Shown here: piece after piece, positions 27,101 to 39,889 of the stretch
Numbering within the stretch: position 1 is the first letter of the stretch
Layout of the letters: every line of letters begins with the position of its first letter
From: Felis catus
Lineage: Eukaryota
Direction of reading: 5' to 3'
DNA: 64,000 nt
Assembly (NCBI RefSeq): GCF_018350175.1
Contig: NC_058368.1
Coordinates: forward strand, 52,081,815-52,145,814
Made by a program: the position numbers and the translations under genes
The notes under the pieces: generated by a model
Databases searched by the model: none
What the model saw: only the letters and a program-made list of their open reading frames with translations
What the model was told of the DNA's origin: nothing

Positions 27101-27224
27101 ACTGTCTTTATTATTTGAGTGAATACATTGTTTCCAGCCAATATGGATTCAATTGTAACAATATAATATCGATAAATCATTAAGCAATGAATTCTGTCAC
27201 TAGAGAATGGGTCATGTGTGTGAG

Positions 27225-27480
27225 TTTTCTTTTATTTTTATTTTTTAATGTTTATTTATTTTTGAGAGATAGAGAGAGACAGACCTTGGGTAGGGGAAGG
27301 ACAGAGAGAGAGAAGGAGACACAGAATAAAAAAAAAAAAAAAAAAAAAAAGGCTCCGGGCTCCAAGCTGTCAGCACAGAGCCCAGCATAGAGCTCAACGT
27401 GGGACTCGAACTCATGAACCATGAGATCATGGCCTGAGCCAAAGTCAGACGCTTAACCAACAGAGCCACCCAGGTGCCCC
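27225..27480 (-). mobile_element. Can-SINE with an internal A23 tract
   Basis: SINE body ending GAGCCACCCAGGTGCCCC; A23 at 27328-27350 inside the body. Confidence 0.9.
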
Positions 27481-28313
27481 TGTGTGCATTTTCTTTAAAT
27501 ATGAATCTACTGGTCTGTGGAAATTTTGAGTCACTGTATATTTCCTTTGAATTGCTGTGTTCTGCTCTAGCCTTGCTGAGAGAACTAAGAAAGAAATAGA
27601 CTTTGAGAAGGAAAGGTCTCACCATAGGCTTGAGGTTTGGAAGGCAATAGGTTTATGTGATATAAAAACAGATTTAACAGACAGGTATATTACCATATTC
27701 ACTAGATGCAAGCAGTTAAATCTTGGCATTTATAGGCATAAGGGTGATGATTCTATTTTCTTATCCTGAAAGTCAATGTCATGTAGTAATTTATAATTTT
27801 ATTTAGACATCAAATTCTATGAAACTGATAAGCAAAAGCATCACTGGAATCTCTAAGCCTTATTTTCCTGGTGTGTACTTTGGGGATAATAATACTATCT
27901 ATGCCAGAAGGCAGTTATGAGAATAAATTTTAGAATGCATATAAAGTTCTCAGAGAACCTTAAGCACATAGTAATTGTTCAATAAATATCAACTATTATT
28001 TGTATTGGCAAGTGAGAGATCCTGAATTAACTGTCCTGTAGGTATTCTTTCATATGGCTTTATGGTTGTTCATTCATATTCTATGTTTTATGGAAGAAGC
28101 CATATATTTTGGCAGAATCCATGAATTTGGGTAACTTTGAAGGCTTCCAAACAGGGCACATTGGTCAGTAATATCTATTTGCAACCAGTGAAGTGTTGGC
28201 CTTTCAAAAGAAATCACCTGGGAGGGTTACAAATGGATTCACGCTAAGGCTTCTTTTTTGTTTTTGCTATATCGTTAGGGTCTGTGGCAAATTAAAAAAA
28301 AATCTGAGAGGTA

Positions 28314-28551
28314 GGGACTCCTGGGTAGCTCAGTGGGTTAAGTGTGCGACTTAACATGATCTCATGGCTCGTGAGTTCGAGCCCCACATCTGGCTCTCTG
28401 CTGTCAGTACAGAGCCTGCTTCAGATCTCTGTCCTCCTCCCTCTCTGCCCCTCCCCTGCTTGCTCGCGTGTACGCTCTCTCTCTCTCTGTCTCTGAAAAG
28501 TAAATGGACATTAAAAAAAAAAGAGCAAGAAAAAAAACGTTTAAGAAAATT
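28314..28551 (+). mobile_element. Can-SINE
   Basis: GGGACTCCTGGGTAGCTCAG head; TSD TCTGAGAGGTAG. Confidence 0.9.
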
Positions 28552-28659
28552 TCTGAGAGGTAGATTCAGATTTTGGAAAAAGCCAGGATCCACGTGGAGG
28601 TCATTTCTTTGAATGGAGCAAGCTATTAATATTTTGGACCAATGATGAAGTGTGTATGC

Positions 28660-28945
28660 AGAGTAGCGAATCTCAACCCCATATTGCATATTAGAATCAC
28701 CTGAGAAGTTTTGGAAATTGTGTATAGATCTTATTCCCAGAGATTTATATTCAGATTTCTGGAATTAGGAAACAGGTATGTGTATCTTTAAAATTACCCA
28801 CAGGTAATTCTGATGCACGACCTAGAGTAAGAATCAATGCTTTAGCCCAGTGAAATCAGAATCTTCATGTTGGAATATCGGTGTCAGCAATTTTTAAGTT
28901 TCCCTAGGTTATTCCAAAGTGTGACCAATGTTGAGAACTTTTGCT
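28660..28945. mobile_element. MER5-like hAT-Charlie MITE remnants (two tandem pieces)
   Basis: TGCATATTAGAATCACCTGAGAAG, CCCACAGGTAATTCTGATGCAC, GAAATCAGAATCTT, TTCCCTAGGTTATTC...GTTGAGAAC. Confidence 0.6.
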
Positions 28946-29003
28946 TTGTACTAATAAGTTTAAATGAGATCTGAAGATGTTCTACAAAGCTTTTGAGCAA
29001 CGA

Positions 29004-29226
29004 GGGGTGCCTGGGTGGCTCAGTTGGTTAAGCGTGAGACTCTTGATCTTGGCTCAGGTCATGATCTCATGGTTCGTGAGTTTGAGCCCCATAACAGACT
29101 GCGCTGACAGCACGGGACCTACTTGGGGTTCTGCTTCTCCCTCTCTCTACCCTTCCCTGCTTGCGCACAGTCTCTCTCTCTCTCAAAATAAATAAATAAA
29201 CTTTAAAAATAGTCACAAAAAAGCAC
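29004..29226 (+). mobile_element. Can-SINE
   Basis: GGGGTGCCTGGGTGGCTCAG head; TSD TTTTGAGCAACGA at 28991-29003 and 29227-29239. Confidence 0.93.
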
Positions 29227-30036
29227 TTTTGAGCAACGAGCCATCCTGAGACGAGCACTGTGAAAGAAAAGCTTCGTGTAAATGTGAAGGTTTATGTTCA
29301 AGTGTGTTTTCCAGAAGTTCACCATCTTTACTTCATGCCTCTGTGATCTGAGTGCTTTGCGTGGGATGCAGCATAGGATATGCATTTACAAGACGGCTGT
29401 GCATTGCCTGCAGCAATGCAGGCACTTTCTGTGGAGGCAAAGCATTGTTCAGACAAGGAGGAGGAAGTACATGATCCTGTGCAGGTACCTTGCCATATTG
29501 ACGAAGGGACAGAAGAAGAGCACGGATACTACAGGTCCTCCTGTAGTCAAGTCTCTTTTCCGTCATCCTCCATTACATGAGAGTCACACAGATTTGCTAG
29601 GACCTATGTGCCTGATGATCTTCTGACTGTTTGGCTCCTGGGATGCTCTCATGAATAGCAGGAGACAAAAATTAACACCAGAAAGAGAAAATAAATAAGT
29701 ATTGAAAGAGAAAGGAAGATTCGATGACAGATGGATCCCCATAATCACCATGTGGATGATTAAGTGCCCTTAATTATGTGAACATCATGACTTCCCATCA
29801 ACTGGCTCTTAACCATTTTTCCATGTCCTGGACCTCTCTGAGGATCTGATGAGAGCTCTGGATTTTTCCTCCAAAAATTGCATGTGCCCTCAGGCGCAAA
29901 AACGTTTCTTTAGAGTCCTCCTGGAGTCATCACTAGACTACCCGATTTTCACAACTCCAAATCACTGGCTACTTTTTCTCAGCCTCATCTCACTATAAGC
30001 AGTTGCTGTGCCAAATGTCCAGAGTCAAGAATATTT

Positions 30037-30250
30037 TGGTGGCTTAGTCGGTTGAGCATCTGACTCTTGATTTTGGCGCAGGTCGTGATCTCATGATTTG
30101 GTCTGGGAGCTAGAGCCCCATGTGGGGCTCTGTTCTCACAGTGTGGAGCCTGCTTGGGATTCTCTCTCTTTCTCTCTCTCTCTCTTTCTCTCTGCCCCTC
30201 CCCTGCTCACTCACATGCTCTCTCTCAAAAATAAATAAACATTAAAAAAA
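30037..30250 (+). mobile_element. Can-SINE, 5'-truncated
   Basis: Begins GGTGGCTTAGTCGGTTGAGC; (CT)n; AAAAATAAATAAACATTAAAA tail. Confidence 0.9.
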
Positions 30251-30345
30251 ATTTTGATCTTAGTTTTTGCGAAAGGTAAGCGTTACAAGTATGCACATTA
30301 GTTAAAAAGACTCTTTGCATGTTTCATTTAAATAAATTACTTCTT

Positions 30346-30560
30346 GGGGCGCCTGGGTGGCTCAGTTGGTTAAGCATCCAAGTTCCGTTCAGGTCATGAT
30401 CTCACGGTTCATGAGTTCCAGCCTGGGTTTGGGCTCTGTGCTGATGGCTCAGAGCCTGGAGCTGCTTTGGATTCTAAATCTCCCTCGCTCTCTGCTCCTT
30501 CCCCGCTCATGCTGTCTGTTTATCTCTCTCTCAAAAATAAACATTACAAATTTTTTTTAA
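30346..30560 (+). mobile_element. Can-SINE
   Basis: GGGGCGCCTGGGTGGCTCAGTTGGTTAAGC head and typical body. Confidence 0.92.
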
Positions 30561-30959
30561 ATTAACCGTTTCTTGAGGAGGGTGAGAATGCCTGAGAATA
30601 CTGCACTTGTATGCAGGTAGACTGATCAAAGCTTAGAACAGGAGAACACAGTCAAGTGCGGAAAGAAGGCAGAGATGAGAATAACCAGAGAACTGGGTGG
30701 AGGCTTAGTAAATATAATTCTGTTATTTTCCAGAACTCTAGGATCCTTTAAATATGTCCTGGAGATTCCAGCAACCCAAGTAACAATCAGAAGAACACGG
30801 GCAAACCAAACATCTGTTCTTTCAACAACTTTTGTGAAAAGTAGTAGTGAGGACATGGATTGTTAGTTTGCAGGTGTTGGAAATATTGTGCCTGAAATCA
30901 TTATGAGGCAAAGAAAACGTGAAAAGGGGAAACGTAAAGATGTAAATATTGAAAATGGG

Positions 30960-31180
30960 TTTTTTTTAATTTTTTTTCAACGTTTATTTATTTTTGGGAC
31001 AGAGAGAGACAGAGCATGAACGGGGGAGGGGCAGAGAGAGAGGGAGACACAGAATCGGAAACAGGCTCCAGGCTCTGAGCCATCAGCCCAGAGCCCGACG
31101 CGGGGCTCGAACTCACGGACCACGAGATCGTGACCTGGCTGAAGTCGGACGCTTAACCGACTGCGCCACCCAGGCGCCCC
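30960..31180 (-). mobile_element. Young feline SINE (SINEC_Fc-like)
   Basis: Near-identical to the copy at 4283-4504; TSD GAAAATGGGTTTTT at 30951 and 31181. Confidence 0.97.
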
Positions 31181-32467
31181 GAAAATGGGTTTTTAAAGTG
31201 TAATCAAGAAAGGCTTTGGTAGGGAAAGTAATGGGATGGCTTGATTATAGAACTACATAGGGCTCAGAGTAAGACTCTGCCCTCTAGGATTCAGGCGTGG
31301 TGCACTTGTCCCAGGAAGTATTTCTTGATCTGCTCAGTTTGAGGGCATTGAAGTGGTGGTCCACCCACCCACCCCCACCCCCGCCCCCCGCAGCACCTCC
31401 CAGAAGCATTCTATCCTTCGAATGTTGCACAAACTATGTTGTCCCGACATCAAGTGCATGTCTTTCTCCCCACTACAGTGCAAGCTTCTTTGTGCTACCC
31501 CCCAGCCTGTGTCTACAGCAGTGCTTAGCACATAGTAAGTGCTCAACACATGTTTCTGTCGAATGCAGTGGAACTGATCCAAACTAGATTTTAATGACAA
31601 AATACAACTAATGTTAACAAGGTTTTCTGAAAATGGTATTATGCAGAATGCACAAAATAACTAAACTCTTAAGCAATGAAATGCCCATTTTAAATGAAAA
31701 CGTGGGAGAAATGTCCCACGGATGTCCCTCTGAATACTTTTCTGATAGCCTCTTAAAAATAAAATTTGGAACTTCTTTACACAACTGGTCTTTCAACATA
31801 GATAAGCATAGATCTGGCCGGGGTTGTTGCGGCAATAAAATTATTTTTCTATCTCTGATATTTATGTTTTCTTCTGAGAATGTCTAGCTGAAATGGTGAC
31901 ATCTGTGTGGTTTATTAGCAGTCAGCTACATATGTAGTGAAGTAGTATTATGTAACCCTAAATAGCTTGAAGTCCCAAAGGGACAGCAAAGATTTTGTTG
32001 GATGACATGCCTTATTATTCAAGACTCTTAGGATATCTTTAAATAGTCCACCCACTAACAAATGTGGCTTAAAAATATCAGTTTGTATTTAAAATGTCTT
32101 TCCTTTCCAAAGAGATACTGAATTAAAATTTGATATCTGATTTCCAACTAAAAAGGCATCCAAATGCATTTTCATATTAATGTGAGACAAAAAGATGGTG
32201 GGCCATAACAGTTCAAGTTCATTCCCTCATTCATCAAGAATTGCGTCTGGACTCAGATGAAAGATTGCTTTCTAAGTGCTACTACATTTATTAAATCAAA
32301 TACTATATCAATGAAAGTCATTAAATACAAAATAGATATTTTTCTCCCATCCATTTGCCTACTGTAATAAAATTAACTTTTTTTTTTAATTTGAAAGTTA
32401 TCTTACCAGAAACCTATGTTTGACAACTTTCTGTTAGAGTAGGCAACATTAAGAAAATTTATTTATT

Positions 32468-32680
32468 GGGGAACACTTGGGTGACTCCGTCAGTTAAGTG
32501 CCAGTTTCGGCTCAGGTCATGCTCTCATGGTTCATGAGTTCGAGCCCCGCATCGGGCTCTGTGCTGACAGCTCTGAGCCTGGAGCCTGCTTTGGATTCTG
32601 TGTCTCCCTCTCTCTCTTCCCCTCCTCTGCTCGCACACTGTCGCTCTCTTTCAAAAATAAGAAATAAACATTTGAAAAAA
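32468..32680 (+). mobile_element. Can-SINE
   Basis: GGCTCAGGTCATG..GAGTTCGAGCCCCGCATCGGGCTCTGTGCTGACAGC body and A-tail. Confidence 0.9.
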
Positions 32681-32869
32681 GAATATTTGTTTATTGTTTA
32701 TAGAGAAAGGAATGCTATTCTCTCCAGAATTAGAGCTCATTTTAGTTAGACCTTTACTTCACAATATGCTTTAAATGTATGATTTCACTTGAGTTTTTAA
32801 AAATCCTATGAAGTAGATAGTATTCCCCCTTCCCCCAATTCACAAGTGAGAAAAATGAGTTCAAAAACT

Positions 32870-33200
32870 CATTCACTCATCCATTCAACAGATATTTACT
32901 AAATTTTCATTTTGTAGCCAGACAAGTGCTAGGACCTGGGAAACAGAAAGTTGAACAAGACAGACATGCTTTCTGTCTTTATGTAATTTATATATTGGAG
33001 GTTGTGACTGTAAATAAAAAAGGAAATAAAAATAATTATAAGTTGTATTAAGTGTTATGAAAGAAAGAGAATGCATTTTGGGAGATAAGGGGGAGTGGAG
33101 AATGATCTTAAATAGAACAAGTAGCCAAGGCTTTTGGTCACATAGTCAGCTGGTCCTTGGTGAGTCAGGGCCATTCTCACGTCCTCTGCCTCTTGAGCTG
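32870..33200. mobile_element. L2 3' fragment, preceded by a MIR fragment at ~32770-32860
   Basis: CATTCACTCATCCATTCAACAGATATTTACT...GCCAGACAAGTGCTAGG...GAACAAGACAGACATG. Confidence 0.6.
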
Positions 33201-33357
33201 GTGCTGTGTGAACTGCCTGATATTGCTCTGTGGGCAAAACTGTGAACTACTCTTGAAAACAAGTTGGGCACTTTGGGAAATGACATTAATTTCGTTCAGG
33301 TCCCACATTGCACTTGAAGTTGAACAGGCAGGAGTAACAGAGGCACACTTCCCTTAC

Positions 33358-33462
33358 CTGTCCATAACTTGGGACATCTTTAGAGCTATGATATCTCACT
33401 GGTCCCCAAAGGAGGAGCATTTGACACCAGTCTCAGTAGAAGCACTGAGCTCCATTTCTGCC
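33358..33462 (-). other. Candidate 105-nt exon of a minus-strand transcript
   Basis: Minus-strand acceptor TACTTTATCTTTTATTCTCAG|G and donor CAG|GTAAGG, both near consensus; stops in all three frames, so UTR- or lncRNA-type. Confidence 0.4.
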
Positions 33463-34859
33463 CTGAGAATAAAAGATAAAGTATTTATTTCAAAAGTTAA
33501 GCAACCAGGTCTACGGCTGAACTAAGATGAGAAGCTAAATTTGCATGCTCAGGATTGCTGTTTGCAAAGACCATTTATTCCTTCCCAACAGAGTCAGGAA
33601 AGCAGCTGAGCAAAATGAAATTCGTTTTTCTAGAGGGTTGTTATAACGACAGGAGTCTGGCACAATAATGTCTATTTACTCCTCTCAACACTTGGTTACC
33701 TCCCTCGTGACCCTGTGGAGCCTGAGGTAATGCATTCTGCATGGTAGCTTGGGTCTGAGAAGGTTCTAAGAACATGCTGACAATTATGCATTGTGTTTCA
33801 TTATTTATCACACTGGGGTAACGTGAATCTCTCTGATGTCCACTGCAGGCTGATCTGAGGCCCCTGTTCACAAGGGCAGTCATGAGGAACCTTATTCCAC
33901 TTTGAAAGCCTCCCCCCGCCTCTGCCATTTTCATTTTATTCAGTAAGGATAATAGTAGTAGTTTTTGTAACAGAAAACTACCATCTTGGTTCCAAGAGCG
34001 TGACTCTGTTTTAACCTAGTGTATTTGCTGTGCGTTGCGTACCTCATGTTATCTGAAATTTTGGATATTTGCTCTGGAAAATCTTAACAACTTCAAAGTC
34101 TAACTGAGCAGCCAGAAATGTTTCTCCGGGGTCAGCTGCATTCCACCAACACCAGAAGCCTGCACATATCTGGTGTTGTAAATAAATAAGGGACATGATG
34201 TTTGAAGATGTTTGAGAAAACGTGGTTTTCCCGGACCTATGCAACATCGATTGGAATGTTTCTGTAACATTCCTGCTTGCCTTTTCAAGCTATGGATCAA
34301 GGCAAAATTCCAAGACTTTTCAGGAACTGATGTCTCCATTTTCTAGTGAGTTTGTGCAACTTGTTAAGATCCTTTGATGTGAACGTTTAGGAAAGGACAT
34401 TTGCTTTATTCGAAGCTTTTTAAAATTGGTACTGAAACAAAATTGTGTTTCTATGCATGCTCATTGAGCTTGGGTGTTTGAAACTGCAGAGAATTCAAAA
34501 TTCTGAAAAGTCCCACTGAAAAACAAGGAATGTCAACTATAAGAAATAAACAGCTTCTAGAATATTCCAGCGTCCTGGTGTTATTTTCTGGATATTTTTG
34601 GGGGCTATAGTGTGTATCCCCATAAGCATAAATTGGCTCTGGGGGTGTGGATTGCTCCCCAGTAGTAGGGACCAGCTGAGGAGTGCCCTGTTGAAGGCTG
34701 ACAAAGGATGACAGAGGGTGAATCTGAGTCAGGCAAGTGAGGTGGGGCAGGACGGTATCATTTAAGGGGCCAGAGAGTGAGCTGTTAAGACAGAGTGTTG
34801 GAGCCACAACTGAAAACATGCAAGACCGTGTGAGAGGAGACAGGGATGCTTTGAGGGGT

Positions 34860-35530
34860 CTTCTGCACTCTTGCTGCCCCTACAATCAATTCTCCATACC
34901 CTAGCCAGAGACCAAATAGTTACCTAAGTCAGTTCAAGGCATTCCCCTGCTTAAGACTTTTTAATGCCTTCCAGTAACTGATAAAGTTTAAATACATTTC
35001 CCAAAATTAGTTGCAGATAAATTTCTAGCTCCTTGCCACCGCCTAAATGGGCCTAAGTGGTATGTCCTGTGAGTTTTGCAACTTTCTTTCCAACTCTTCC
35101 CCCACCCACTCCAACCACAACGACTTCCTTGCTGATCCCTGAACATGTCAAACTTAATCCTTCCATGGGGGCTTCTTCTTGCTAAACCGGCCTCTACAAC
35201 CCCCCCACCCCCAGAGGAAAATGCACTATTTTTGCATTTTTGCATTATAAAGATTTTTGACTTTCTTAATCCCCAACTTCATTAAGGTCTTCCTTCTCAT
35301 GTCTTCTCCTTAGAGGGGGCTTCCCTATGACAGTCTCTAAAATAACACTTTCATACCTTAGCACTCTACCCCTTTATACCAATTAATTTGTTTTCAGTTT
35401 TATTACTTTCTATTATGCTACATGTTTATTACCATGACTATTTCCCAGTTGTCTTGTTCAAATCTGCAGACCTAACACTTAAAACAGTGCCTGGTATGTG
35501 GTAAATTCTTGATAAATATTTGATGATTCA
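34860..35530. mobile_element. L2 fragment(s)
   Basis: CCCTACAATCAATTCTCCATAC, TCCCCTGCTTAAGAC, AACAGTGCCTGGTATGTGGTAAATTCTTGATAAATATTTG. Confidence 0.6.
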
Positions 35531-37344
35531 CAGAGGGAATGGATATCTGCTGATATAAAAGATAAGGGGAAGCAATGTGGTACTTTGGGTCATGACATTT
35601 GTAGTAAAGAGTCACGAGAAATGGGGTAGGGAATGGGGTTCAGAACAGGAAGAATGGTTCAAGAAACTAAATTTTGAAATAGTAAGTAGATTAGAATGTG
35701 TTTTCAAACAGGCTAGGAATATGAGATCCACAGATTACAGTCCCTAATTGTCAAGAGTAAGGAATCCCATTTAAGACATGCATAATGCCTAGTATAGCTA
35801 CATTTTGATTTTTTTCCCCTTAAACCATTGCAATGCATTTATTTTTCCCACGTGAAAATCCATTTGTTCCATGTATCCCAAGGCAAACATTGAAAGGCGT
35901 CTTTTATAATTTTGGTTAAATTTGGAAAATATCATGTTTGCATCTTTCTAATTTCCTATGCAATTGTTTTTCCAAGTTAGCTAGGAGAAAAGGAGGAGGA
36001 GGAGGAGGAGGGAAAGGGAAGAGGAGAGAGATGGATTTCACTTTCCTTCTTTGATCCACAGTCACAAGATGGCTCCCAGCAGCAGTGTCTGGACAGAACA
36101 TCAGGAAGCTGGAAGCTGAGGAAAGATGGGTGGAGATGAGCGTTTTCTCTGAGAAAGTGGGAGAGGCAGGTGTGACTATTGATAACAAAACACCAGTAGG
36201 AAAGTGGTGGAGAAGCAGAAAAACTGACCAGCAAATTCTCAATGTTGAAATTTTTCTTTCAAACACAGAACTGGTAAAATGGTGGTGATATAATAGAAGA
36301 TAAGGCGGGGGGGGGGGGGACAAAAATATATGATTTTATTTATAAGAGCTTTTGTTATATTTATTTCTATTAGTTGTATTTCCTTAAAAATAAAATACTT
36401 AGTATTTTTAATCTTAAGGGGATGTACATTTAGAAATTAGAACAGTTGATGATCAATGAAAATATATGAAAGACTTTGATTTTGATACTTTCAGAGTTAA
36501 ATTAATTTTACATGAATAAATAGACAATCTGTGGGCATGGGGCTTTCTGTGGTTTGTGCCACATTTGAGAAACATGCCTCAGATGACTTCCTCATGGGGA
36601 AAAAATTGGTTACAACAAAAGGAAAATTGTCAGGTGAAAGAGTACATACCTGGGAGATTAAACGGGCAGTTAAATAGGAGAAAATCCATATATGTCTTGC
36701 TATATATTAGAAATTGTGTGCATTTGATGAACTGGAGGTTAGACAGTTTCTGAGAACTTTTAAAGCCATGAGCTTTGCAACATTCCCAGGATGACTCAGC
36801 ATGGGAAACTTCAAGCCAGTGTAAGCACGCAGGGTGTTCTTTGGGGACAAAACCTCTCCTGCTTCTGAGCTTCAAGGGAGAAAGCAATGAATACGGCAGA
36901 TACTTGCTTTCTGAATTGGGGAGAACAAAAATGTTCTCTTTTTCTAATATCATTATATATTATTAACTATTAATAATTATATAATTATTAATCTATTAAT
37001 GCTAAATGGTATTATTCGTATTTCTTTTTTTGATCAGATTATTGTCTCATCGTTGATAATTTATTTACAACTTGAGTGTAAAAGGGAAGTAGTCATAGAA
37101 TATATTATTTTCCTCTCAATTGCACCCAATCAATGTAACATAAATACGTGGATATGTAGGAGGTAATGATTCAGGATGGGGATCTCTCCTAGGCCATCTT
37201 AGTTTTCTTATGCTGTGCGTTTTCCTGAAACAATCTGACCTCCTCCTGTGCCTTCAATTTTCTTTCTGCTATTAACTCCCAAACCATAAATACATCCCAG
37301 ATCTTTATTTTTTTTGAACTCTGGAAATGCATATTCAACAAGTT

Positions 37345-37426
37345 CTCTCTCCCCCTCCTATCCCCCTCCCCCTCTTCCTCCTCCCCCTCTTCCTCCTCCC
37401 CCTCCTCCTTCTTTTTCTTCTCCTTC

Positions 37427-37460
<34 letters not shown>

Positions 37461-37783
37461 TCTTCTTCTTCTCCTTCTCCACTTCCTCCTCCTCCTCCTC
37501 CTCCTCCTTCTCCTCCTCCTCCTCCTTCTCTTCTTCTCCTTCTCCTTCTTCTCCTTCCCCTTCTCCTCCTCCTCTTTCTCCTTTTTCTTTTCCTCCTCCT
37601 CCTCCTCCCCTCCCCCTCCTCCTCCCCCTTCCCCCTCCTTCTCCTTCCTCTTCTTCCCCTTCTTCTAATTTCTCTTCTTCTTCTTCTTCTTCTTCTTCTT
37701 CTTCTTCTTCTTCTTCTCCTTCTCCTCCTCCTCCTCCTTCTTCTTCTCCTTCTCCACTTCCTCCTCCTCCTCCTCCTTTTTCT
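37345..37783. repeat. ~440-bp polypyrimidine (CCT)n/(CTT)n low-complexity tract
   Basis: Almost purine-free + strand; source of the poly-Leu/Pro/Glu/Arg ORFs. Confidence 0.97.
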
Positions 37784-38099
37784 TGTTACTAGACATCTCC
37801 AATATTCCACACCTAAAACTAGACCTACCTATTCTGAACTCCCTCTGAACTTGCTTCTCTTCTGTGCCCCCACTTTAGTTAATAGTATCCAGTGACCATC
37901 TCAGTAGCCCAACATAGAGTTGATCACCATTTCTTCAAGGCGCTATCTCTTAAATACTTATGGGAAGCATCTATTTCTCTTTATTCATACTTCCACAATC
38001 CTAGTTAAGGCAACCATCAAAGTGACCCCCCCCCCCCAAACATATGTGTCTGATTTTGGAATATTGCTTTAGTTTGATTGCATTATTGCAGATAAAGTG

Positions 38100-38410
38100 T
38101 TGTGTTTGTCTGTTTGGACTGCTATAACAAATTACCATAGAATGAGTGGCTTATATAAACAATAGAAATTTCCTTATCATGGTTCTGGAGGTGGGGAAGT
38201 CCAAGATCAAGGCACAGCAGATCTAATATCTGGTGACAACCCAACTCCTGGTTCAGAGGCAGTCCTAATTGCTATGTCCTTGCATGGCAGAAGGGGGAGG
38301 AAACTTTCTGAGATCTCTTTTATAAGGACACTAATCCCTTTCACAAGGGCTCTACATGTTGGGGGGTAGGTTTCAACATATGAATTTTGGGGGGACACAT
38401 TCAATCTATA
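38100..38410 (-). mobile_element. ERVL-MaLR LTR (MLT1A/MST-like) within L2-derived sequence (~37790-39005)
   Basis: GCTATAACAAATTACCATAGA, GTTCTGGAGG..GGGAAGTCCAAGATCAAGG, TCTTTTATAAGGACACTAATCCC, TTTCAACATATGAATTTTGGGGGGACACA. Confidence 0.8.
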
Positions 38411-39599
38411 GAATGATCTTTCTAAAATAGAACTCCAATCCTATTACTGCCTAAAACTGTTCAATGATTCCACACTGCCCTGAGGATAAAGTCTAAACTC
38501 TCTGTGATGGTTAACATCTCCATGATCTGGTTCCTGCTTTCCTTTCTGGCTTTTTTTTTTCCCCCAGTAATTCTACTTCAAACTCTACCTCCTGCCAGAC
38601 TGGGCAGCTTTCCTTTCCACGCTGTATGCTCTACTCTCTGACACTGAACATGGTGTTCCCTGGCCTAAAGACCTTCTCCTTCCACCCAGCAGTCACCTCC
38701 AGTTTCCACATCTTAACCCCTTCATGGGACAATATCCTAGTCACTGATTAACTTAGAAATAATCTCTTCAAAGAATTTTCTAATTGCTTCCTCCCCTTAG
38801 GCCCTCCCTATGGCTGCTCCTTATTCTCCCTGTCCTTATTCTATTACAGTGCATTTCTTACTGTGTTGTGTTGCCCATTAATTGTCTGTAAACCCCTCCC
38901 TGCCCTATATCAAAAAACTTTGTGAGTACAGGAATGTTTATCTGTCTAGTTCACATTCATTGTATGTCTAATTGCCTGGCTCAGAGTAGATCCTTAATAA
39001 ATATTTTAAAAATAAAATTATACAAGATTATAATAGAACTTTAAATAAAATGTCATAGTAGTTAGGACAATGAAGAGTTTCAATTTAAATGTGGGGGAAT
39101 GGAGAAAACAGGAGCCTGGGGACACTTCAAAGAGGTACATTTTTGTACACCATCATAATAAAAAAAGATGGACTTTTCCTATGGGATTTTGGGAAAGAAC
39201 CAGAATGTAGCCTTCTCAAAGATGCTGCTGTGATACATGCCCTAGAGACAGTGATGACGGCAGTGACATGGAAAAGGGGACTTTCTGTGAAAGGTCTTGA
39301 AGTCTGGGGTGTTACACAAGAGGATGTGATGCATCTTGCCTGGTTAATAAAACTCTATAGAAAACTTTTAAAAGGAGTCTGCATCGGCTTTGGCAGTTGA
39401 AGAAACAACTTTCCAGTATCAGTGTGCACATTGTATAAGTGCTGTTTTCGCCAACTACAACATTTTCAAAAGAACGTTTTCTAATTCACTGTGTTTTTCC
39501 AAGTATGCAAGACCCTGAGCTCTAAATTGGAGGAGATAAACAAACACATTAAGAATTATAATATAAATCGGAATCAGCAAGTCCCACGGCTAAGAGTAT

Positions 39600-39780
39600 C
39601 TCTCCTGACTACAGTATTTACCAGGTATGGGCAAATTACTTGACCTCACTGGGCCTCCATTTCTTACCTGTAAAATGACTACCGTAAGAAAGTGTACCTC
39701 ATCACGTTACTGATGGATCAACCGAGAACTCTTACAATGGTCCTGGAGCATAATAAATTCTGGGTCAGTGCTTACTGTTG
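39600..39780 (+). mobile_element. MIR
   Basis: GGGCAAATTACTTGACCTCACTGGGCCTCCATTTCTTACCTGTAAAATG. Confidence 0.7.
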
Positions 39781-39889
39781 TTATTGTGGTTCTTGATTTA
39801 GCACTAAGATAAGGGCTAACAAAGTGAGAAGTGATACTGGGGTGGGCCTGCAGAAGTCACCTGTGTTCTCAGAGAGCATGAACCCCAGG

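Noticed and set aside
29294..29626. Cluster of overlapping ORFs and short palindromes (GCATTGCCTGCAGCAATGCAGGCA)
   Set aside because: No recognisable protein similarity and no convincing splice-site pair.
34043..34168. Possible minus-strand exon ending GAG|GTACGC
   Set aside because: Weak acceptor polypyrimidine tract and stops in all frames; much weaker than the two retained candidates.
34555..34567. Three-unit heat-shock-element-like TTCtaGAAtaTTC, and a TTCTAGAA cluster near 19042-19086
   Set aside because: One such match is near chance expectation in AT-rich DNA; the 19-kb cluster has the wrong spacing.
37189..37895. Long ORFs rich in Leu/Pro/Glu/Arg/Gly (97-193 aa)
   Set aside because: Translations of the (CCT/CTT)n tract, which lacks stop codons by composition.
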